NCBI GenBank assembly: GCA_934434555.1
Contig: CAKRZX010000002.1
Location: 22,376 to 86,375, forward strand
Length of the DNA stretch: 64,000 nt
Reading direction: 5' to 3'
Source: an uncultured Clostridia bacterium
GTDB lineage: Bacteria > Bacillota > Clostridia > Christensenellales > QALW01
Both the position numbers and the translations under genes were made by a program. How positions within the stretch are numbered: the stretch's first letter is position 1; every line of letters starts with the position of its first letter. A model generated the notes under the pieces. It had not been told where the DNA came from and did not search any database. It saw nothing but the letters and a program-made list of their open reading frames with translations. Positions 27,860 through 39,430 of the stretch are shown here, piece by piece.

Positions 27860-28858
27860 ATGCTCTTTTCGGTCATAGTTCCCGTTTACGGGGTCGAAAA
27901 ATATCTTCGGGAGTGCGTTGACAGCATTTTAATGCAGAATTTTACCGATTTTGAACTGATACTTGTTGACGACGGCTCAAAGGATTCCTGTCCCGAAATT
28001 TGCGACGGGTACGCAAAAAAGGACGGCAGAGTAAAAGTAATACATAAGGAAAACGGCGGACTTGTAAGCGCGAGAAAAGCGGGAATGCGCCGGGCAGAGG
28101 GAGAGTATATAATAAACATCGACGGCGACGACGCTGCTATGCCGGGGTATTTTGAAAAAGCGGCGGAGATAATTTGCAAAAATTCTCCGGATATAATCAC
28201 GTTCGCAGTCAACTTTGTGTCGGGCGGAGATGTGAAAACGGATGAAGAACCTCTTAAAGAGGGACTGTACACGGATATGCGTCCCATACACGAAAATATG
28301 CTTTTAACGCCCGATATGCACCATATGCATTATTTTCTGTGGGCAAAAGTGTTCAGAAAATCGGTCATAGAGGAAATACAACTTAACGCAGATGAGCGCA
28401 TAAGTATGGGCGAGGACGTTATGTGCGTTGCAAAGGCGTACATACGCGCAAAAAGCGTGTTCGTTTCAAAATCGGCAATGTACAACTGCCGCTGCCGCGA
28501 GGGGTCTATGTCCCGTGCGTATAAGTCAACGCATTTTGACGATATTGCTCTCGGCGTAAAAGAACTTAAAGAGATAAAAAATCCGCCCGAAAATTTTGCT
28601 TGCGCGGTTGACAGATATGCTGCATTTATGTTCTTTGTGATTTTTGCGACTGCCGCAAAAGAAAAAGAAAAAAATGTGTGTGAATATTCAAAACAGGTGT
28701 GGTATAATGGTTTTGATAAATCTTTTAAGAATTCGGAATTTAAGAATATATCGCCGAAAAGCAGAATGGCAACGGCACTCTTAAAAAAGAGACGGTTTCT
28801 GCTTGCGTATCGCTTTTTGCGGATATGCGACAGGCTGAAGGGAAACAAAAATGCCTGA
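27860..28858 (+). CDS. GT2 family glycosyltransferase
   Basis: FSVIVPVYGVEKYLRECVDSILMQNFTDFELILVDDGSKD and NIDGDD are present. Confidence 0.88.
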   Translation: MLFSVIVPVYGVEKYLRECVDSILMQNFTDFELILVDDGSKDSCPEICDGYAKKDGRVKVIHKENGGLVSARKAGMRRAEGEYIINIDGDDAAMPGYFEKAAEIICKNSPDIITFAVNFVSGGDVKTDEEPLKEGLYTDMRPIHENMLLTPDMHHMHYFLWAKVFRKSVIEEIQLNADERISMGEDVMCVAKAYIRAKSVFVSKSAMYNCRCREGSMSRAYKSTHFDDIALGVKELKEIKNPPENFACAVDRYAAFMFFVIFATAAKEKEKNVCEYSKQVWYNGFDKSFKNSEFKNISPKSRMATALLKKRRFLLAYRFLRICDRLKGNKNA

Positions 28859-29852
28859 AATTTCGGTTGTAATGGCTGTGTATAACGGCGAAAAATATAT
28901 CAGAGAAGCCCTTGACAGCATTCTGAAACAGACGTTCACTCTGTTTGAGGCAATAATCATTGATGATGCGTCTGTTGACGCTACGCCCGAAATTCTCTCG
29001 GAATATGCAAAAAAGGACAGCCGTATAAAGGTTTTCACCAACGAAAGCAATCAGCGCCTTGCAAAGTCCCTTAACAGGGGAATAGCACTTGCAAAGGGCA
29101 AGTATATTCTGCGAATGGACGCCGATGATATCTGCCTTAAAGACAGGTTTGAAAAGCAGTATGAATATATGGAATCCCATAAGGATACCGATGTATCGTT
29201 TTGCAAATTCTTTGCCAAAAAAGAAAACGAAATTATTCCCTGCTGTGTGGGAAGAAAGTGCGATTTTGAAAGCATAAAGGCAATGTTCCTCTTTTTCTGC
29301 CCGGTTCTTCACCCGGGAGTAATCGCAAAAAGCGAGGTTATGAAAAAGTACGGGTACGACCCGGAGCATACCTGCTCGGAAGATTTGGATTTGTGGATGC
29401 GTATGATTTCCGACGGCAGAAAAATAGAGTGCGAGGACGACTATCTTATGCTTTACCGGCTGCATTCTTCTCAAATTACGGCAAACAGCAGCCGGAAACA
29501 GAAAGAAGAAGTGCTGAAAAGCGAAAGAAAATATTTTTCCGCAATGAACATATCGATTCCGGACGAAGAATTCTATATAAACGGCGTTTATTTTCGCGAA
29601 AGATTTGATGAAAGTAAAATGCGGGAATTCCGTGCTGCGGTTACGGGCGGCGGAAAAATTAAAAAAAGCGCAATATTAAACGCTTTTACGGAAGTGCTTG
29701 CCGAATATCGGCGCGGCGGCGAACGGGGAGTATTGCGTCTTGCGGGAATAAAACTTGCGGTGCTTGGCGCTTTTAAGAAAATAAGAAACTCAAAGGACAG
29801 AAAAAAAGCGCAGATTGCCGCAGCAAATGCAGGGATAGAGATAACAGGGTGA
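28851..29852 (+). CDS. GT2 family glycosyltransferase
   Basis: ISVVMAVYNGEKYIREALDSILKQTFTLFEAIIIDDASVD and RMDADD are present. Confidence 0.88.
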   Translation: MPEISVVMAVYNGEKYIREALDSILKQTFTLFEAIIIDDASVDATPEILSEYAKKDSRIKVFTNESNQRLAKSLNRGIALAKGKYILRMDADDICLKDRFEKQYEYMESHKDTDVSFCKFFAKKENEIIPCCVGRKCDFESIKAMFLFFCPVLHPGVIAKSEVMKKYGYDPEHTCSEDLDLWMRMISDGRKIECEDDYLMLYRLHSSQITANSSRKQKEEVLKSERKYFSAMNISIPDEEFYINGVYFRERFDESKMREFRAAVTGGGKIKKSAILNAFTEVLAEYRRGGERGVLRLAGIKLAVLGAFKKIRNSKDRKKAQIAAANAGIEITG

Positions 29853-29856
29853 AAGA

Positions 29857-31224
29857 ATGAACGAAAACTATATTTTAATAATTTTTATAATTGTGTTCTT
29901 TGCACTGTTTGCATTCGGGCTTATGTTTATTTCCCGTGCGCTGAAACAGTTCAACGGCAAAAAACGTGCGGGATTTGAGCCGCTTCTGTACGTTCAGCGG
30001 CGGTACGACAAAATCCGCAAAATATCGAGAATACCTTGCGGCGTGCTTTACATTACGGCAGGCAACGGCGATATGGAGAAAGTTTCACGCAATGAAAGCG
30101 GACTTTTTGAGCACCTCGGCGAAACTCTGCTTGCGTCCTTTGACGGCAAAGACGACCTGGTTTCAAAGATAAATTCAAAAGAATACGTCGTGCTTACAAG
30201 AATGAGCGAACCGCAGATGAACAGCGTTACCAAACAGATACTGCACGATACGGTGCTGTATTCAAAAGCGAATCCCGACGTGCCGGGCATAAAAATAAGT
30301 TTCGGAGCTTATCTTATTCCGGCAAGCAACGTGGATTTTGACGAAACGGTTGCCCGCGCAAAACTTGCCTGTATTGAATCAAAAAACAGTTCAAGGACGT
30401 ACGTTGCGTGGGATTATAATCTTCAATGCGATTACGATAACCGAGTAATGATAGAAAAAAATCTTAAAAACGGGATTGAAAACAACAACTTCTTCCTTGA
30501 ATTTCAGCCGATAATCGATATCGTAAGCGGGAACATCACCGGCGGAGAGGTGCTTTCAAGGCTTAACGGGGAATCAAAAGTGCTTCTGCCCGCAGACTTC
30601 ATTTCCGTTGTAAAAGACAAGAATATGGATTTTGAATTTGACTGCTACGTGTTTGAAAAGACCTGTCAGTGGGTTTCGGCACACCCCGAGCCCTGCGGAT
30701 TTTTAGACCACGTTTCGGTAAACTTTTCGCGCAGCACTCTTGCAACAAAGGACGCGGCGGAAAAACTGCTTGCAATAGCCGGCGGCTACGGCATTGACAG
30801 GACGTTTATCGCCATAGAGGTGCTTGAAGACGAAAGCGGCGGCTCTTTTAACACGGAAAACATCCGCGAGAACATGAAGATAATAAAGGAGGCGGGAATG
30901 ACCGTATTGCTTGACGATTTCGGCGACGGCTATTCTTCCTTTGACGACCTTAAAAATTTCCCTGCGGACATAATAAAAATAAGCAAATCCGTTACGGAAA
31001 ATATCGAAACGCAGTTGGGCGAAAGAATCTTCAAAAGCATTGCAACCATGGCGAAAAGTATGAAAGTCCAGGTTATCTGCGAGGGGGTGGAAACGCTTGA
31101 ACAGATAGAAATTCTGCGAAAAAACGGGATAAGATTCGTGCAGGGGTACTATTTCTTCCGCCCGCAAAGTCCCAACCAGTTTGAAAAGGCAGTATTAAAT
31201 AACAGAACAAGGAGAGTACAATAA
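29857..31224 (+). CDS. Membrane-anchored degenerate-GGDEF / EAL domain protein (putative c-di-GMP phosphodiesterase)
   Basis: It has an N-terminal TM (ILIIFIIVFFALFAFGLMFI) and a GGDEF-like fold with NSKEY at the GGDEF position. The EAL domain keeps the core motifs EFQPII..GGEVLSR, SVNFS, AIEVLEDE, DDFGDGYSS, IIKISKS, EGVETLEQ and QGYYFFRP. Confidence 0.85.
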   Translation: MNENYILIIFIIVFFALFAFGLMFISRALKQFNGKKRAGFEPLLYVQRRYDKIRKISRIPCGVLYITAGNGDMEKVSRNESGLFEHLGETLLASFDGKDDLVSKINSKEYVVLTRMSEPQMNSVTKQILHDTVLYSKANPDVPGIKISFGAYLIPASNVDFDETVARAKLACIESKNSSRTYVAWDYNLQCDYDNRVMIEKNLKNGIENNNFFLEFQPIIDIVSGNITGGEVLSRLNGESKVLLPADFISVVKDKNMDFEFDCYVFEKTCQWVSAHPEPCGFLDHVSVNFSRSTLATKDAAEKLLAIAGGYGIDRTFIAIEVLEDESGGSFNTENIRENMKIIKEAGMTVLLDDFGDGYSSFDDLKNFPADIIKISKSVTENIETQLGERIFKSIATMAKSMKVQVICEGVETLEQIEILRKNGIRFVQGYYFFRPQSPNQFEKAVLNNRTRRVQ

Positions 31225-31225
31225 T

Positions 31226-31870
31226 ATGAAAGTAAGTTTGTTTGGCTATAACCGTAAGGAAACGGACGATTATTTTAACTATCTTAACGAAAACAACAAT
31301 ACGCAGGCGGGAGAGATAAAGCGTCTGAGTGCCGAACTTGAAGCGGCGAAAAGGGAAGTTGAGGAATATAAACAACTTGATGAACTGAATAAGCGCGAGA
31401 TAGAAAGCCTGAAAGACAGAATCTGCGACTGCAAACTTGACGAAGACGAGCATAAAAAGCAGATAGACGAACTTTCGCGCCGTTTAAGCGAGAAAAAGGG
31501 TGCAGATGAAACCGAGAAACTTGGTATAATTTTCGCCGTTGCTTACAGGGACATAGAAAACAAGAACAAGGCGGTAAGCGAAAAAATAAGAGCTTATGCC
31601 GATATGATGTTTGACCGTATGAACCGCTACCGTGATGAAGTGGGCAAGATAGTGGATTCGGTTACATATATGCAGAACAGGCAGAAAGAAGAACTTGCAC
31701 GGCTCTGCGCGGAAGCGACCGAAAAACTTGATTTGCTTACAAAGGCTTCAAACAATACGGTTGAAGATATGAAAAAGATAGAGGAGAGCCGCGGAAACAT
31801 CTGCGGTGAAATAGAAAATATGCTCAGGGAAACCGCTAACACCGCGGTTTTGGAGGAAAAGAACCTTTAA
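31226..31870 (+). CDS. Coiled-coil protein with a DivIVA-like N-terminal motif
   Basis: The N-terminal LFGYNRKETDDYFNYL resembles the DivIVA/GpsB F..GY...EVD.FL motif. The rest is heptad-rich. Confidence 0.5.
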   Translation: MKVSLFGYNRKETDDYFNYLNENNNTQAGEIKRLSAELEAAKREVEEYKQLDELNKREIESLKDRICDCKLDEDEHKKQIDELSRRLSEKKGADETEKLGIIFAVAYRDIENKNKAVSEKIRAYADMMFDRMNRYRDEVGKIVDSVTYMQNRQKEELARLCAEATEKLDLLTKASNNTVEDMKKIEESRGNICGEIENMLRETANTAVLEEKNL

Positions 31871-31884
31871 TACGGAGGGTAAAA

Positions 31885-33414
31885 ATGGACTGTGCACTTA
31901 TGAAAAAGATAAAAACGTCGGATAAATATGCGTTTGTAAGCACTTTCGTTTTCGGGCTTATTGCGCACTTTTACCGTATGACAAACTGGCTTCCCAACTG
32001 GGATTCGCTTGTGTTCCGTGCGGACACGCAGCATATGGAGCCGCTTGGCAGATGGTTTTTGCCCTACGCGTCCCTTATAAGCACGGAATACGAACTTCCG
32101 TGGCTTAACGGGCTGCTTGCGCTTTTATATTTAAGCGTTGCCGCCGTATTTGTATCAAGAATTTTTGATATGGAAAACAAAGTTGCGGTCTGTCTTTTGG
32201 GCGGAATCACAGCCGCGTTCCCGACGGTAACTTCAACGTTTACCTACTGCTACGTTGCCGACGCATACGCGCTTTCGTTCCTTTTTGCCTGCATTGCGGC
32301 GTATCTTTTAGCCAAAAAAAGTCGCATTGCGGCGATATTTTCCGCAGTTTTAATAACGCTTTCAATGGGAATATATCAGGCATACGTAACGGTTACGGTA
32401 TCGCTGCTGCTATGTTTTTTGATAATAAATTTGCTTTCGGGAAAAAAAGATGCAGCGTCAGCCGTAAAAAGCGGCGCAAAATACTTCCTTTGCGGCGCGG
32501 CGGCATTTTTAATGTATTATATCGTTCAGAAAACAGTCACCGCGGTTATGCATATTGAGGCATCGGACTATCAGGAATTCTCACAAACGCTTTTGTTCAG
32601 GGAAACAGATATTCTTTCGGCAATTCCCGCATCGCTGTATCTGTTCATTCACTTTTTTGCGGATTTTTCAAAGGGATTCAATCTTTATTCGGCGGTAAAC
32701 GTGCTTGTGTTTTTATTTCTTGCGGCGGGATATCTTACGGTTATGATAAAAAATCTGCGGGGCGCGGGGAAAATCATTCTTACGGTTGTTTTAATTCTCT
32801 GCATTCCGTTCGGCTGTACCGCCCTGTATTTTGCAAATATCAATATTGACTATCACTGCCTTATGAAAATGGGGTTCTTTATAGTTTACGTTTATCTTAT
32901 TCTGCTGTTTGAAAAGTTTGATTTTGTTAAACTTGACACGGTAAAAAAGTGGGGGATAACGGCACTTTGCGGACTGCTTATCTTCCTTAATATCCGCACT
33001 GCAAACGTGACGTATCACAAATTGCAGATTTCTTTTGAAAAATCATACGGCATACTTATCAGAATTGCGGACAGAATGGAATCCCTTGACGGTTTCGAAA
33101 ACGCCGAAAAAATTCTTGTGGTGGGCGAACTTGAAAATTCAAAAGCGTATTCGGTTGATTTTCCGCCGGAGATTACCGGCACCACCGACGGGCTGATTAT
33201 AAGAAAAGACGATGAAACCGTACATCAAAGCGTGCTTACGGCGGCGCTTAAAGATTACTGCGACATTGAACTTGATTTCCTTTTCGGGCAGGAGGCGAAA
33301 GATATGAGGGAAAGCGAGCGCGTTAAGAATATGCCCTGCTGGCCCGCGCGGGATTCGGTTGCGATTTTTGAAAATACTGTTATAGTTAAATTGAGTGACG
33401 GGGAAGAAAAATGA
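31885..33414 (+). CDS. Polytopic membrane protein, GtrII/ArnT-like candidate extracytoplasmic glycosyltransferase
   Basis: The 509-aa protein has about 10 or more TM segments and a C-terminal soluble domain. The N-terminal FVFGLIAHFYRMTNWLPNWDSL...LGRWFLPY resembles the Glucos_trans_II family as I recall it. A GtrB-like partner lies at 13627. Confidence 0.55.
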   Translation: MDCALMKKIKTSDKYAFVSTFVFGLIAHFYRMTNWLPNWDSLVFRADTQHMEPLGRWFLPYASLISTEYELPWLNGLLALLYLSVAAVFVSRIFDMENKVAVCLLGGITAAFPTVTSTFTYCYVADAYALSFLFACIAAYLLAKKSRIAAIFSAVLITLSMGIYQAYVTVTVSLLLCFLIINLLSGKKDAASAVKSGAKYFLCGAAAFLMYYIVQKTVTAVMHIEASDYQEFSQTLLFRETDILSAIPASLYLFIHFFADFSKGFNLYSAVNVLVFLFLAAGYLTVMIKNLRGAGKIILTVVLILCIPFGCTALYFANINIDYHCLMKMGFFIVYVYLILLFEKFDFVKLDTVKKWGITALCGLLIFLNIRTANVTYHKLQISFEKSYGILIRIADRMESLDGFENAEKILVVGELENSKAYSVDFPPEITGTTDGLIIRKDDETVHQSVLTAALKDYCDIELDFLFGQEAKDMRESERVKNMPCWPARDSVAIFENTVIVKLSDGEEK

Positions 33415-34241
33415 AGATTTACTTCTGTGCCGACGATTTCGGATTATCACCCGAAAGCGACGGGCATATAAAAGAGTGCAAAGTAAATAAAATAAGCGTG
33501 CTTGCAAATTTTGATGCGGATCTTTCGGAATTAAACGCAAAGGTTTCCACACACATAAATTTTGTTGAGGGCAAGTGCGTAAGCGACAAAAATCTGATTC
33601 CGCTGCTTGTTGACGAAAACGGATATTTCAAACACACGTTCGGGGGCTTACTTAAATTATCTTTGGGCAAGACAGGAAAGGCGTTCAGGCAGCAGGTAAA
33701 GACCGAAATGCGGGCGCAGATAAATAAAGTAAATGCGCCGGAAATGATAGACAGCCATCAGCACGTGCATATGATTCCCGCAATTTTTTCCTGTCTTTGC
33801 GAGATAATAAAAGAGGACGGGCTGCAAACAGAGTATCTGCGGATTCCCGCAGAGCCGGTATTGCCGTACATTTCGGCACCGGAACTTTATAAGAGTTATT
33901 TTTCGCTGAATTTTATCAAACAGCAGACGCTTAAATTTCTTAATCTTTTTAACAAGAGCAAATTAAAAAGTATGGGACTTAAACAAAACGACTTTTTCGG
34001 AATAATGTTTTCGGGCAATATGAATGAAAAACGGGTAAATCGTTTGCTTAATGCGTTTGTAAGGCACGCGGAAAGGAAAAACAGAGATTTGGAAGTGCTG
34101 TTTCACCCCGGGTTTGTTGAAACGGCAGAGGGGAAAAATGTGATGAAAGAATATAAATTCAGCACGTTTTATCTCGCTGATGGGCGGAAAAAAGAGTTCC
34201 TTGCGGCAAAAAACATTGCAAAAGACGAAAAAATGCCGTAA
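33411..34241 (+). CDS. ChbG/HpnK (YdjC-like) carbohydrate deacetylase
   Basis: MKIYFCADDFGLS and DSHQHVHMIP metal-binding motifs are present. Confidence 0.8.
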   Translation: MKIYFCADDFGLSPESDGHIKECKVNKISVLANFDADLSELNAKVSTHINFVEGKCVSDKNLIPLLVDENGYFKHTFGGLLKLSLGKTGKAFRQQVKTEMRAQINKVNAPEMIDSHQHVHMIPAIFSCLCEIIKEDGLQTEYLRIPAEPVLPYISAPELYKSYFSLNFIKQQTLKFLNLFNKSKLKSMGLKQNDFFGIMFSGNMNEKRVNRLLNAFVRHAERKNRDLEVLFHPGFVETAEGKNVMKEYKFSTFYLADGRKKEFLAAKNIAKDEKMP

Positions 34242-34257
34242 AAGCATACATAAGCGG

Positions 34258-34286
34258 TTGACATAACGACTGAAATATGATATCAT
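34258..34286 (+). promoter_or_regulatory. Strong sigma-A-like promoter with an extended -10
   Basis: The layout is TTGACA (34258-34263), a 17-nt spacer ending in TGA, then TATCAT (34281-34286). No ORF follows on this strand. Confidence 0.55.
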
Positions 34287-34292
34287 ACATTC

Positions 34293-34537
34293 GATGAATT
34301 GATTATTTTCGGATGCGGTATTCTTTGCTGCTTTGACGGTACGATAGCCGTAATATCGGACTTACGGGTCCAAAAGCGTTTCTGAGTACCGACTTGTGCC
34401 GTAACGGCTGTTTACCGAAATAAAAACTGCGGCATAATATAACTTGATAAAACTGCGGCGGGTTATTTCCTTTCTTTCTTTTCATAGATTTCTTTTTTTC
34501 CGCCGCGTTTTTGGCAGACCTTGTGTCTGCCTTTTTT
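34293..34537 (+). ncRNA. Candidate orphan small RNA (about 245 nt, family not recognised)
   Basis: It is bounded by the promoter above and by a plus-strand-specific terminator (GGCAGAC cttgt GTCTGCC plus T6, 34513-34537). Internal hairpins are GGAC/GTCC, GCCG/CGGC, CGGTAC/GTACCG and GCGGCGG/CCGCCGC. The last hairpin encloses the CU-rich loop tttcctttctttcttttc. Confidence 0.4.
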
Positions 34538-35315
34538 ATTTTCCTATGAAATCACCCGGTGAGCAATGTTCAAAACGCTTAAAAGTACGGCAAAAATAAC
34601 TTGCGTCGTTAAAGCCCGAAAGTGCGGCAATCTGCGATGTTTTCAGATTCGGCTTTTCCACAATCAGCCGCTTTGCATTTTGTATGCGCACCTGTAAAAG
34701 ATACTCAAAGGGCGATACGGAATATGTTTTTTTGAATTCGCGGCAGAATGCAAAACGGGAAAGATGGCACAGTTCGGCAAGGGATTCAAGAGAAATATCG
34801 TTGCGGAAGTTCTTTGAAATGAACTGAACAGCCGCGTCCAGATGAGATTCCTTTTTGTCGTTTTTTGCGGCGGAAAAGAAATCGATTATAAACGAATAAA
34901 GCATAAACGACAGTTTGCTTTCGTCAATATGTTTTGCGGCGGCTTTCCACAGAGGCATAAGGTCAAGTGTATCGCCGCAGTGAAAAAGTTCAAAATTTTT
35001 GCCGGAGTAATAGTCAAACAAACCGTCGCAGCCCGAGCCGTTAAAAGTAACCCATACGTTCTTGTACGGCTCCTCTGTGGGGCAGTAGGCATGGGGGATA
35101 TTTTTGCGCAGAAAAACCGCGTCTCCCGCTTTTACGGTATAGGTTTTGTTTTCGCATTCAAAAATTCCGGAACCGGAAAGAAAAATAAAAATATGGTGTG
35201 ACGGATATCCGTTTTTTCTTTCAACGGGCGTTTGCGATTCGTTGCCGCCTATTGACGTAATATAAAACGGCAGATTCACCGTGTTGCGGCTTATTATCGG
35301 GTACTGGGATTTCAT
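34536..35315 (-). CDS. AraC family transcriptional regulator (cupin + HTH)
   Basis: It has a C-terminal double HTH (LAELCHLSRFAFCREFKKTYSVSPFEYLLQVRIQNAKRL..IAALSGFNDASYFCRTFKR) and is divergent from the GH2 gene. Confidence 0.88.
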   Translation of the reverse strand: MKSQYPIISRNTVNLPFYITSIGGNESQTPVERKNGYPSHHIFIFLSGSGIFECENKTYTVKAGDAVFLRKNIPHAYCPTEEPYKNVWVTFNGSGCDGLFDYYSGKNFELFHCGDTLDLMPLWKAAAKHIDESKLSFMLYSFIIDFFSAAKNDKKESHLDAAVQFISKNFRNDISLESLAELCHLSRFAFCREFKKTYSVSPFEYLLQVRIQNAKRLIVEKPNLKTSQIAALSGFNDASYFCRTFKRFEHCSPGDFIGK

Positions 35316-35384
35316 AGTTCTCCTTTTGCAAAATAGTTATATCTGCAATATAATTATATTGACTTTTGCTGCTTATACAGGTAA

Positions 35385-38390
<3,006 letters not shown>

Positions 38391-38396
38391 ATGAGC

Positions 38397-38428
38397 CGGC
38401 GGAGAAACTTCCGCCGCTTCTTTTTTTC
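38397..38428 (+). terminator. Rho-independent terminator after lacZ
   Basis: The stem cggcgga/tccgccg is followed by a ttcttttttt tail. Confidence 0.7.
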
Positions 38429-38494
38429 TTGACGATAAAGGGCGTATGTATTATAATTTATGCAGGCAAATTTTTTCTTCCGTAGGGGGACTTG

Positions 38495-39430
38495 ATGAAT
38501 TTACAGCATATGAAATACGCCGTGGAGGTTGCGGATACAAAAAGCATAAACAAGGCGGCTGAAAAACTGTTTGTAGGGCAATCGAATTTAAGCCGGGCGA
38601 TAAAAGAACTTGAAGCGGGATTGGGAACCGCTGTTTTTGACCGCAGTGCAAAGGGAATGTCATTAACTCCCGACGGCGAAGTGTTTATACAGTACGCACG
38701 CGCCGTACTTAAACAGGTGGACGATATCGAACATCTGTTTTCAAAAGGCGAAACGATAAAAAAACGGTTTTCGGTTTCAGCGCCCCGTGCAAGCTATGTT
38801 GCAAAGGCTTTTGCCGAGTTCTCGCTGCTTATAGGAAAAGACGAAAAGGCGGAGCTTTTTTATCGCGAAACCAACTCAATGCGAACGATAAAAAACATTT
38901 TGGAGGACGACTATAAGTTAGGAATTTTGCGTTATGCGGAAAATTACGACAGATACTATAAATCGATGATGGACGAAAAGGGGCTTGAATACGAACTTGT
39001 TACGCAGTTTTCGTATATGCTTGTAATGAATGAAAAAAGCCCCGTTGCCAATAAAGAAAACATATGTTTTGAGGATTTGGAGCCGCTTACGGAAATCGCC
39101 CACGCTGACCCGTATGTGCCGTCGCTTCCGTTTGCCGAGGTAAAAAAAGAAGAATTACCCGATAATTCCGACAGGCGCATATTCGTTTTTGAGCGGAGCA
39201 GCCAGTTTGAACTTTTAAGCAGGAATCCCGAAACATATATGTGGGTTTCGCCGCTGCCGAAAGAATATCTGACGCGGTACGGACTTATTCAGCGCACCTG
39301 CGGCGAAAACAGCCGTGTTTACAGAGATATGCTTATCCATAAAAAAGAATACACTCTTACAAATCTTGATAAAATGTTTATTGAGCAGCTTGTAAAAACC
39401 AAGCGGGATGTTTTCGGGAGGGAAGAATAA
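38495..39430 (+). CDS. LysR family transcriptional regulator
   Basis: The N-terminal HTH is MNLQHMKYAVEVADTKSINKAAEKLFVGQSNLSRAIKELEAGLG. Confidence 0.88.
   Translation: MNLQHMKYAVEVADTKSINKAAEKLFVGQSNLSRAIKELEAGLGTAVFDRSAKGMSLTPDGEVFIQYARAVLKQVDDIEHLFSKGETIKKRFSVSAPRASYVAKAFAEFSLLIGKDEKAELFYRETNSMRTIKNILEDDYKLGILRYAENYDRYYKSMMDEKGLEYELVTQFSYMLVMNEKSPVANKENICFEDLEPLTEIAHADPYVPSLPFAEVKKEELPDNSDRRIFVFERSSQFELLSRNPETYMWVSPLPKEYLTRYGLIQRTCGENSRVYRDMLIHKKEYTLTNLDKMFIEQLVKTKRDVFGREE

Noticed and set aside
28740-29474. A 244-aa minus-strand ORF, plus 28330..28848 (172 aa) and 27886..28287 (133 aa).
   Set aside because: All are antisense to the tandem GT2 genes, whose DDGS/DxD motifs make the plus-strand frames unambiguous.
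34370-34420. A resemblance of gtttct...ccgtaa...ccgact words to the purine riboswitch core.
   Set aside because: The order and spacing of the elements and the P1/P2/P3 architecture do not fit. No downstream gene exists on that strand.
34303-34485. A 60-aa minus-strand ORF in the candidate sRNA region.
   Set aside because: It is a basic, low-complexity peptide with no RBS. The promoter and terminator in this interval are oriented for the plus strand.
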